Positions 33,620 through 45,600 of a DNA stretch of 64,000 nucleotides are shown here, piece after piece. This stretch comes from Lama glama (lineage: Eukaryota), in assembly GCA_028534125.1 (NCBI GenBank), contig CM052831.1:23808001-23872000 (forward strand), read 5' to 3'. The notes below the pieces were generated by a model. That model saw only the letters and a program-made list of their open reading frames with translations. It ran no database searches and was not told where the DNA came from. Position numbers and translations under genes: made by a program. Position 1 is the first letter of the stretch; each line of letters starts with the position of its first letter.

Positions 33620-36600
33620 ATGAGGCTGCGGCTCCTGGTGGCTGCGCTCTGCGCCGGAATCTTGGCAAGGGCGCCCCGAGTGCGGGCCCAGCACCGAGAG
33701 AGAGGTGAGCAGGGCAGGGAAGGACCTCATCCAAGGCACTGCCCCCTGTCACCCACAGCTCTATTCCCCCTTCATCCTGGATCCTGCTCCCCACCCCTCT
33801 GCGACCCTGTGTGTATTTCTCCTGACTCTCCTGGGACTCCCTAAACCCTGCTGCATCTCCCAAACTGTATCCAGTTATGCGTGAGTCCCCTATGTGAGTC
33901 CACGCTGTCCCCTGAGGCCAGCCTCAGTCCCAGATCCCCAGACCCACACCTGCACCGCGACTCTTCCTCCCCACCAGTCCTCCGCTCCGCGGGAGAGTTG
34001 CCTCTGAGCTCCACCTCAGCTCCCTCCAGGGCTCTCAGGCCCAAGCCAGCCTGGGCTGTTTTGCAGAGCAGATGAAGCCTACTCTCCTCTCCCCAGCCCC
34101 AGGGGACCACAGTGAGGGGAGTGGGTGAGTGGGCTCCAAGAAGAAATCGTGATTGCTTTTCCCTGCCCCAGTGACCTGCACGAGCCTTTATGCTGCTGAC
34201 ATCGTGTTCCTACTCGATGGCTCCTCATCCATCGGTCGCAGCAACTTCCGTGAAGTGCGCGCTTTCCTTGAGGGGCTGGTGCTGCCCTTCTCTGGGGCAG
34301 CCGGTGCACAGGGTGTGCGCTTTGCTGCCGTGCAGTACAGCGATGACCCACGGTGAGTGGATTCCCAGAGCTAGGGAGCCAGGGATCTCACCAGGACCCC
34401 TCCTTCAGACAGAAGCAGAGTCCAAAAACCCCTAGTCTATCTGGGGAACCCAGAGGCCCACCCCCACCCACTCCAGGCAGGACCTCCTCTTAAGACAGAA
34501 GCAGGAATCTCCTAAGTAGAGCCCTCATATCTGAGACCTCTTTAGACTAGTGCTGTGCCAAAGACGGGGGCTATGTTTTCTGATCTGGAGATGGAGAGGC
34601 TACTGGGGAGCCCAGGGGCTTCAGATGCTCTGTTTCTGCGGGACTCTCCATGTTTTAGCCTCCTGATCCCTTCAGCCTCTCACTTAGCAGAGGGCCTCCC
34701 TGTCTGGCCAGTGTCCACCTCCCTACAATGGGACCCTTTCTCCTACCATTATTTAATTAACCAGACATCCTGGGCCCTGAGCCTGGGAGCCTCAAGGGCT
34801 CTAGGCCTGCCCAGGCCCAGCCACAGGCAGGACACAGAGGGGCACCTAGGGAGTTTGTTAACTTGGGGGCTTCAGAGGTGGAGGACAGGAATCACAGAAC
34901 CAAGAGGACCTTCAAGAGGGCCTGATACAACCCTCACCCCAGAGGCCTCCTAGAGGCCAGGACCAGAAAAGTCCTTGTCCCTAGCCTGTTGCCACCCTCC
35001 TCCCCACAGGACAGAGTTTGGCCTGGATGCGCTTGGCTCAGGAAGTGATGTGATCCGTGCCATCCGTGAGCTCAGCTACAAGGGAGGCAACACACGCACA
35101 GGGGCTGCGATTCTCCACGTGGCTGACCATGTCTTCCAGCCCCAGCTGGCTCGACCTGGTGTCCCCAAGGTGATCTCTCACCCTACCATGCCTCCCAAGG
35201 TGATCCCCAAGTTGTGTCTGAGGCAGCCCTGAATTGACCCTGCACCTGCTCCAGGTCTGCATCCTCATCACAGATGGGAAGTCCCAGGACCTGGTGGACA
35301 CTGCTGCCCAGAGGCTGAAGGGGCAGGGGATCAAGCTGTTTGCTGTGGGTGAGTACCAAGCTGAAGTGACAGGTCGGTTGGGGCAGGGACCAGTCAGAAG
35401 GCATGTGGGCAACTGAGTCCTGACTGGGCATCACCTCAGGGATCAAGAATGCTGACCCCGAGGAGCTGAAGCGAATCGCCTCACAGCCGACCAGCGATTT
35501 CTTCTTCTTCGTCAACGATTTCAGCATCCTGAGGACGCTATTGCCTCTCGTTTCTCGGAGGGTGTGCACGACTGCTGGTGGTGTGCCTGTGACCCTGCCC
35601 CGTGAGTTCCTGCCCACCCTGTGTGCCCTGGCCTAGACCTTGACCTGAACCCCAACCTGGGAGTGCTGATTCCATCCCATGTACTCCTGATAGCAAGCCA
35701 GAGGCGCTCTCCTCTGACCCTGCCCTGGAAGTGCTGGCCTGACCTCGTGCTCCTCACCCTTGACCCCTAAAGCTGCACCATAAGTGCTGATCCCTGGTCC
35801 TCTTGCCTGACTGACTGATTGACTCCTTTCCCAGCCGAAGTCTTGACCTCAGGTCCACGAGACCTGGTGCTGTCTGAGCCAGGCAGTCAGTCCTTGAGAG
35901 TACAGTGGACAGCGGCTAGTGGCCCTGTGACCGGCTACAAGGTCCAGTATGCGCCTTTGACAGGGCTGGGACAGCCAGTGTCAAGTGAGCGGCGGGAGGT
36001 AAGGCTGTCAGGAGTGGTAGGTGGAGGACTGGGGACTTAGCTGGACAAAGGGAAGTGACCTCTGATCCTGGGCAGGTGAGCGTCTCAGCTGGTGAGACCA
36101 ACGTGCGGCTGCAGGGTCTCCGGCCCCTGACTGAGTACCAAGTGACTGTGGCTGCCCTCTACGCCAACAGCATCGGGGAGGCCGTGAGCGGGACAGCTCG
36201 GACCAGTGAGCAATTCTGCTAACTTCTGACCCCACTCACCTAACCACCCGTCCCAGTAACCCGTCCCCACTCTGGGCTCACTAATCCCTGATGGGACCTT
36301 CCCCTAGCTGCCCTGGAGGGGCCGGAGTTGACCGTCCAGAACACCACAGCCCACAGCCTCTTGGTGACCTGGCGGACTGTGCCAGGTGCCACTGGCTACC
36401 GTGTGACATGGCGGGTCCTCAGTGGTGAGTGAGAGATGTGGGCTGAAGGGAGTCCCTGTACCACAGACAGGATTGTAGGCTCCTGAGTCTACAAAACCCA
36501 CTAATCCTTCTGTGCCCACCCCCTGTGCAGGTGGGGCCACGCAGCAGCAGGAGCTGGGCCCTGGGCAGGGGTCAGTGTTGCTGCGTGACCTGGAGCCTGG

Positions 36601-39600
36601 CACAGACTATGAGGTGACTGTGAGTGCCCTGCTTGGCCGTAGCATGGGGCCTGCCACCTCCCTGACTGCCCGCACTGGTAAGAGGACTGGGTGCTTTCTT
36701 CAGGCTGGGTGGGCAGACAGGCAGGGCATAGAGGCCACTGAAGTCCCCTGTACCCTGGGTAGACACTTCCGTTGAGCAGACCCTGCGTGCAGTCATCCTG
36801 GGCCCCACATCCATCCTTCTTTCCTGGAACTTGGTGCCTGAGGCCCGTGGCTACCGGCTGGAGTGGCAACGTGAGAGTGGTCAGTGCAGGAGGGAGGGGT
36901 GGCCAGGCAGGGTTGGGGCCTGGCCTCAGCTGACCTGACCCTATCATCTCGTAGGCTTGGAGGTGCCACAGAAGGTGGTACTACCCTCTGATGTGACCCG
37001 CTACCAGTTGGATGGGCTGCAGCCAGGCACTGAATATCGCCTCACTCTCTACACGCTGCTTGAGGGCCGTGAGGTGGCCACGCCTGCAACCGTGGTCCCC
37101 ACTGGTGAGGGCTTTGGGGGCTCAGCCAAGTGAGAGGGGAAGGTACAGGGACCCCAGGCTGCCTCTCACGCTGTGCTCTCCAACAGGGTCAGAGATGCCT
37201 GTGGGCCCAGTGACGGACCTCCAGGCGACTGAGCTGCCTGGGCAGCGGGTGCGAGTATCCTGGAGCCCAGTTCCCAGTGCCACCGAGTACCGCATCACTG
37301 TGCGCAGCACCCAGGGTGAGGTGGACACAGCATGCACCCATACACACACTGAAGTTCTGGCCCTCAGGGACTGACTGCACCCTCAACCCACCTCTTTTCA
37401 CTCCTGGGTCTCTGCAGCCTCCTCCTGTCTCCTTGTCCATTTGCCTGCCAAGATGGCGCTGAGTCCAGACCTGTCACACTGTCTGCCTGCCCTGTCCTTG
37501 CCTGAATCTATCTCCATGGAAAGCCATCCCTTTCCATGGCTTTCATCCTTCTCTGTAATCATAAGGTCAATCCCTGCCCTTCTATTACTCTAGCCCTGAC
37601 TACTGTCCGCCCTGACCTCTCATCCCATGTCCTCATCCATTATTGACCCAGCACCCCACATCAGTGTCTATTGATGACCTGTCCACTGACTTCTCTCATC
37701 CTACATCTGTATCCCTGTCCACTGACCCCTATTGTTGTGTGTCCCCATTCATCACTGGCCCCGGTAGCCTGTGTCGCTGTCCATCACTGACTCCTTTTAT
37801 CCCATGTCCTTCTCTCTCACCCTTTCCATCTCATGTCCCATCCCTCACTGACTCTTTTCACTTTGTATCTCTGTCTATCACTGGCCTCCTCCTCCCACAT
37901 CCCTGTCTCTCACTGATCCCTGCCCACCTACCCTCCCTTCTCCATCAGGGGTTGAGCGGACCCTGGTGCTTCCTGGGAGTCAGACGGCCTTTGACTTGGA
38001 TGACGTCCGGGCTGGGCTGAGCTATATGGTGCGGGTGATGGCTCGAGTGGGCACCCGTGAAGGTGCTGCCAGCGTCCTCACTGTCCGCCGAGGTGAGCAC
38101 TGCAGGAGGGTAGGGGACTGCTGTCTGACTCACTCTGGCTCTGATTTTGATCCCTGACCTCTGTCTTTAACTCCCAGAACCAGAAACCCCACTTGCCATC
38201 CCAGGGCTTCGGGTTGTGGCATCAGATGCAACACGAGTGAGGGTGGCCTGGGGACCTGTTCCTGGAGCCAGTGGGTTTCGGATTAGCTGGAGAACAGACA
38301 GTGGTCAGTGTGGGGTGTATGGGAAGGTTACTGAGGGGAACCAGCAGGGTGTGCGGGCAGGGGACCGAGGGAGCAGGCAGGAGCCATGCCAACATTTCTC
38401 TCTGATCCTAGGTCTGGAGTCCAGCCAGACATTACCCCCAGAGTCTACAGCCACAGATATCATGGGGCTGAGGCCTGGAACCTCCTACCAGGTGGCTGTG
38501 TCAGCACTGCGAGGGAGAGAGGAGGGCCCTGCTGCGGTCATCGTGGCTCGAACTGGTCAGGGCTTTCAACCTCCAGTGCCCCTCTAGACCCTCATGCCTT
38601 CCCTCTCAAACCCTTGCTTCTCGGAACTCCAGTCTCCCCCTTTAGATCCTCACCACCTCCTCCCTAGGAGGCCCTGCTTCCCTCTTCTGTCTCCTCGCCT
38701 CCTCTCAAGCCTCTACCTTCTTCAGCTTCCCCTAAGACCCCCCTCTCCTTGCCCTCGGATTTCCACTATGTCATCTCTCAGACCCCCACTGCCTTTTCTG
38801 CTGGACCTGACTCTCAGACTCGCACTTTCTCTTTTGGTAGATCCCCTCACTGATTCCTAATACCTCCATTGGAAGCCTGTTACCTTCTCTGTTAGACCTT
38901 CTTGTCTCTCAGATTTCTCTCACCTGCCACCTCAGATTTCCATTATCTCCTCAGTCAGAACCCTTACTTCTTCCCTCATCTGACCCATTCACTGCCTCCC
39001 CTATCAAATCCCTGGCTTCTGTTAGACTCCATTTGCCTTCCCCTATTAGATAGTCCCCAGTACCTCCACCATCAGACCCTCACTGCCTCGTCCATTGGAC
39101 TCCCCATTGCCTCTCCCCCTCAGACCCACTGGGCCCAGTGAAGACAGTCCATGTGACTCAAGCCAGCAGCTCATCTGTCACCATCACCTGGAATAGGGTT
39201 CCTGGTGCCACAGGATACAGGATCTCCTGGCAGTCAGGCCACGGTGGGGCAGGGGTTTTGGAAGGGACCAGAAGTTTTGGAGGGTTGTAAGGGGCAGGTC
39301 TGGGTGGAATGGGAGCAGGGATTTCTTTCTTAGGGGTCCAGGTGGGGCATTGGGAGGCAGAGTCTGGCTAGCCCTAGAGCTGACTCTATCCTTACTCCCA
39401 GGCCCAGAGAAATCCCAGTTGGTTTCTGGGGAGGCCACGTTGGCTGAAGTGGATGGGCTGGAGCCAGATACGGAGTACACGGTGCGTGTGTGGGCCCATG
39501 CGGCTGGTGTGGATGGGACCCCTGCCTCTGTGGTTGTGAGGACTGGTGAGTGGACTCTGGCCTGCTGCCAACCACATCTCATTGGCTACTCTGTCCTGCT

Positions 39601-42600
39601 ATGTATTCCTGACTGCTCCTGCAGCCCACTTCATCACTTCATCAGAGCTCTTCCCATGAATAATCTTCCCACAATGACCTACCCAACAATGAATAGGTGT
39701 CCACCCACAGTGACTTACTGGCTGCTCCACACTGACCACACCGAGGCACTGAACTTCTCCCTTTCAGGAGTTGCCTACACTGACTAACCTGTCCAGACTA
39801 ACCTCACACTGACCTTCAGACCTCCTTGCACTGACTGTGCCTGTACTGCCACCCTATTCTCTGCCAGCCATCCAGTGGTCCCTGACCTCTTACCCTGCCT
39901 CTGCTTCCAGACCCTCAGCCTGTGGGCAGTGTGTCAAAGCTACAGATCATCAATGCTTCCAGTGATGTTCTGCGGATCACCTGGGTGGGGGTCACTGGAG
40001 CCACAGCCTACAGACTGGCCTGGGGCCGGAGCGAGGGTATGATTCCCTGACCCTGCCCTTGCCCTTCCTGGCTGGCATTGCCTGCTCTGGTCAACCATCC
40101 CTACCCCTGACCGTTGCCCTATGCTCACTTGGCTAGGTGGCCCCACAAGAGAGCAGATGCTCCCAGGAAATACAGACTCCGCAGAAATTCGGGGCCTCGA
40201 AGGCGGAGTCAGCTACTCAGTGCGAGTGACTGCACTTGTTGGGGACCGTGAGGGCGCACCTGTCTCCATTGTTGTCACCACCCGTAGGTGGAGCTTGGGC
40301 TGGGGAGAGCCTTGGATTGGTGACCTGGATGGTTTGGGGGGAGGGTTCGTGCTCCAGAATGGATAAGAGACCAGTGATTGGTAGTGAGCCTGTGGAGACG
40401 GGGGTCTTCAAGGGGAAGAGGAATGCAGCCTGGGATAGGCAGAGGAGCCGGCTGGGGGCAGTGCTTGTTCCAGGGTTGGTCTGGGATTGGTGCAGGGATT
40501 GGTGGGGGCGGAGCTTCCCTGATCCGTGCACTTTCTCTCAAGCACCTGTGGCTCCGCCAGCCCTGGAGACACTTCGCGTAGTGCAGCGAGGGGAGCACTC
40601 GCTGAGGCTGAGCTGGCAGCCGGTGCCCGGGGCACGTGGCTTCCGTCTGCGTTGGCGACCTGAGGGTAAGAGTCACCCCCAGTAGGGAGTTAAGGACCAA
40701 TGGGGGCGGGCCAGGGATGGGGTTGGGGATGTGGGCTAGGTTGGCAAGGTCAGTGAAAGTGGGCAGGCTGGTGGGGTCATCATTAGTAAGGTAGGTAGAG
40801 GTCAGTGAGGTGGGCGTGTGCATTAATGCCCATCTTAGCATCTTCTCAGGTGCCTCCATCCGCACCCTCACACCTGCCCTAGGTGGCCAGGAACAGTCTC
40901 GGGTCCTGGGGCCCGAGCTCAGCAGCTATGAACTGGACAGGCTGGAGCCAGCAACCCACTACCGCATATGGCTGAGTGTCTTGGGGCCAGCTGGAGAAGG
41001 CCCCCCCTCGGAAGTGACTGCCTACACTGGTGTGTTCTTCCCCCTACTGATGACCTACTCTGATTTCTTGCACCCCATGACCCCGAGTGACTCCTCCTAT
41101 AGCCCTCCTACCAGTCCTGACCTAGGGTGATCCCAGCATGACCTTCCTTCACTGAGATGAATCTGCCTCTAGATCTGCTTAGATCTTTCCCCTCTGGGTT
41201 CTCAGGACACAGACTCTGATCCCTGATCTTTGACTCCTCTTTCAGAGTCGCCTCGTGTCCCAAGCACTGAATTGCGTGTGGTGGACACCTCAATCGACTC
41301 AGTAACTCTGGCCTGGGCCCCAGTGTCTGGGGTATCCAGCTACATCCTATCCTGGCGGCCACTTAGAGGCCCTGACCAAGGTGAAAGGGAGGCCAGGATT
41401 GGGGTGGGCTGGCAGTTGGGGCTCCATGGAGGGTTTCCTGTTTAACTGAGTTCTGTCCTCTGTAGAATTGCCTGTGGCCTCACAGACACTTCCTGGGGTC
41501 TTGAACTCCCAGCGGGTGACAGGGCTAGAGCCTGGAACCTCCTACATCTTTTCCCTGACACCTGTCCGGGAAGGTGTACAGGGTCGTGAGGCCTCTGTCA
41601 CACACAACCCAGGTATGGGGGTGCACAGTGGAGAAGCCTAAGAAGATAGGTAAATGGGCCGACTGCTTCAGTAACTAAGCTGCTTTCCTGCAGTGTGTCC
41701 CCAAGGCCTGATGGATGTGGTCTTCCTGCTGCATACCACTCGAGACAATGCTCATCGTGCAGAGGCTGTGAGGGGAGCCCTGGAGCGTCTGGTGTCTGCA
41801 CTTGGGCCTCTTGGGCCGCAGGCAGTGCAGGTTTGGCCCTACAGGCAGCCAGACCCCTACCTGGCCCTGCCCATCCCAGGCTCCATACCAGCTCCCATTT
41901 CCCTGCCCCCCTACTGGTCCAGGCCTTTCTCCCAGCCCTTCCGCATGCTCAGATCTTCTTTCTTGCTGGTTGGCTCCCTGTCTTACCATCACTGCTGACC
42001 CCCTCACAGTTTAGGTTTAGTCGCGTACCCTGGGCTCTGTGTCTCCTCCCAGGCTCTGTGTCCCCATCCCTGCTCTGTCATCCTCCCCAGACTTTGTGTT
42101 CCCCCTACACCAGGTTGGCCTCCTGTCCTACAGTCACCGGCCTTCCCCACTGTTCTCACTGAATAGCTCCCATGACCTTGGTGTCATTCTGCAAAAGATC
42201 CGCAACATCCCCTACATGGACCCAAGTGGGAACAACCTGGGTAAAGACTACAGTGGACATAGACTCTTGGGGCTTCCCCACTGGGAGCTTGGTGGCCCTG
42301 GGTTCTGACATGTCCTTTCTCCCAGGCACAGCTGTGGTTACAGCTCACAGATACCTGTTGGCACCAGATGCTCCTGGGCGCCGCCGGCACGTGCCTGGGG
42401 TGATGGTTCTGCTGGTGGATGAGCCCTTGAGAGGTGACATCTTTAGCCCTATCCGTGAGGCCCAGGCTGCTGGTGAGGAGCAGGGTTGGTGGAGATGGGG
42501 CCTGGGAATAGGGTTGGCCTCAGCAGGGTTGTCATACAGGCTGTCGGACCCTTCCTTAGGGCTCAAAGTGATGATGCTGGGCCTGGCGGGAGCTGACCAA

Positions 42601-45600
42601 GAGCAGCTGCGTCGCCTGGTGCCAGGCATGGACCCTGTCCAGACCTTCTTTGCTGTGGATGATGGTCTAAGCTTGGACCGAGCAGTCAGTAGTCTGGCAA
42701 CAGCCCTGTGTCAGACAGCTTTGACCACCCAGGTTAGGAAGGGGCCTCTGGGGGTGATGGAGCCTCTGGGGGTGATGGAGAAGAGGAGGTGTGGGAGGCT
42801 CTTGGTAGAACTGCCTAGCCTCAAGGAGACCCTGTGTCCACAGCCACAGCCAGAGCCTTGCTCGGTGCATTGTCCAAAGGTAAGTGTGCAGGGTTGGGTG
42901 GGTGGCTGAGGGCCCCTTTTGGGATGAGCTGCCCTGACCCTTGTCCAACATGTCTTTCCCTAGGGTCAGAAGGGGGAACCTGGAGAGATGGTGAGTGGCC
43001 CTGGTTGGGGGTAGAAAATGGGTTGTGGGGCTCAGTGGGGCAGGGGAAGGTCAGCAGCACAGGGCTCACTGATCACCCTTCCTAGGGCCTGAAAGGACAA
43101 GCTGGGCCTCCCGGACCCCCCGGCCTGCCGGTGAGTGCCTCCCCTCACCTGTCCTCTGTACCCTGACCGATGTACTGCCTCCTTACCCGCTCTCTCCTTT
43201 CAGGGCAGGATCGGTGTTCCTGGCCCCCAGGGGCCTCCTGGAAGAAGCATTGCAAAGGGCGAGAGGGTGAGTGTAGAGACCGTTGAGGTTCCCCTTAGAG
43301 TCTCCTTGAAGGTTCCTCGGGATTTTTAGAAGAGAGAAGAAAAAGGCAGAGTTAGAACCACAGGGTTTTCCTAGGAGCCTAAATGGACATTGTAAACCAC
43401 AACAAAGATTTGGGGAAGGGTCTGAAGTAGAGGGGGGCAGGTGGGGTTTCAACATCTCCTGGAGAGCCTGGCTGGAAGTTCTAAGTCCGAGAGGTGGGAA
43501 ATGGCATTGGCCTCATGGCCGCCCTTGTGTCTGAGGTTAGGCTCCATTCAGCTCACTGCTCCACCCTCAACAACACTTAGGGGCCTATGGGGTGAGGAGT
43601 CCAGGTGAAGAATAGTTGAGGCTCCTCCATCAAACCAGGGGCACTGGGCAGAGGGTCCCTTCCTGTCCTGACCTCTTTGCTTCCTTAGGGTTTCCCTGGG
43701 GCAGATGGGCCTCCAGGCAGCCCTGGCCGCCCTGGGACTCCTGGAACCCCCGGCCCAAAGGTGAGCAAGCCTTGGCCTCGCAGGTCACATGGTAGGACAC
43801 TGCCTGAGTGGGTGGGGTGGTCTGATTGGTCTGACTCTGGTCTCCATTTCAGGGCTCCCCAGGGTGGCCGGGCCCTCGTGGAGAACCTGTAAGTTGCTCT
43901 CCCCCCAGGGTCTTCCCAGAGTTCTTTCTGCCGGGTGGGGACCTGGGGTGATGAAGCAAGGATGGTCCATGGGGGCCTGCCCTAAAATGCACAGACCAAT
44001 TATTACCCTTTGCTCTGTTTCGTCCTCAGGGAGAACGAGGGCCTCGAGGCCCGAAGGGGGAGCCGGTAGGTGAAGGGAAGAGGGAGGGAGCCAAGCTGGG
44101 ATGTCCCATGGAAGAGCGGGGTTGCCTGAGGCCAGGCACTGTGCAGGGCCTAAGGCGTGATAAGGAACAGCTAGGGATCTCTAGGGCTCCTCCCACCTTT
44201 TTTTTGTTTGTTTGTTTGTTTTTGTTTTTTAGGGGGAGGGCTTCTCCCACCTTAGGGTTCCCATACCCTAATTCCTGCCCTCTGTTTTCTGTCCTGCAGG
44301 GAGAACCTGGACAAGTCATTGGAAGCGAGGGACCAGGGCTCCCTGGGCGGAAAGGGGACCCTGGACCACCGGTAAGTTTTAGATTACGTGGAGGCAAGTG
44401 ACATATGGTGGGGGAACCATTAGGGGGGGCGAGAGTAGGGATCTATGGGTTTGTACTTTATGCTTTGTCTCTTCCATCAGGGCCCCCCTGGATCTCGTGG
44501 CCCACTGGGGGACCCAGGACCCCGTGGTCCCCCAGGACTACCTGGAACATCAGTGAAGGTGACAGCATGACTACCACATGGTCTCATCACCTCCATGTGA
44601 TCCAGTGACCTGGTGATCCCTGACCCTGTTTGAACCCACACAACCCCTACTGGTCACTCTGAACCCACATTGCCTCTTGACCACCCCCCATCCGCAACCC
44701 CTCAATTCTTCTATGACTTTTGTAATCCAATTTGACCCCACAACCCTCATTCCTCCCGATATCTTGGGGACTGGAGGTGTGGTCTAGGGTCATGGGTCAT
44801 GATCTGTCTTTCAGGGTGACAAAGGTGATCGTGGGGAGAGGGTAAGTGAGGGCAAGGTATGCTGGGATGGCTTAGAGTTGAATTCTCTCTGGCCATCCCC
44901 TGACCTGCTGTTCTTTCCCAGGGTCCCCCTGGACCAGGTGATGGTGCTGCTCTAGGGGAGCCTGGGCTGCCGGTGAGGGAGCCTTGAGGCTCTGCAGGGG
45001 ACACTGGGGGACCTGCTGAGGGATGTGGGTAGAGGAGCTGGGGGCTCTGCTGGGGCAGTGGGTGGATGCTGGACCTCACTTTAAAACTCACAGTTTTACT
45101 TACTTTCTCCTAGGGTCTTCCTGGAAGTCCTGGACCCCAAGGCCCAGTTGGCCCCTCTGGAGAAAAAGGAGAAAAGGTGGGAGACCTCACTTCTTGGTGC
45201 CCTAGTTCTGGGGGGGGTCTGGGTGCTGGGGGTAGGGTCTCCTACCCATCTGTTTCTCCTTCAGGGCGACTGTGAGGATGGAGCCCCAGGCCTCCCAGGG
45301 CAACCTGGGACCCCGGGTGAGCGGGTGAGTATGGGGGCCAGGGGTTCTGAGTGTGGTGGGCATAGCTCCACCCTGACCCTCAGCCATCAGTCCTCTACTC
45401 CATCCTTATGCCCAAACCCAAATCTCTGAACGCCTTTCAGGGCCTACGGGGACTTCCTGGAGATGCTGGCCCCAAAGTAAGTGTCATTTTGGGAGAGGTC
45501 AGATATGAGGGGTGACACACTGGGACCCCAATAGGATTAGGAGAGTTGGGAGGATCAGGAGATAAGGGTTCTTTCCAGATCAGAGGTTGTGGTTTCAGAG

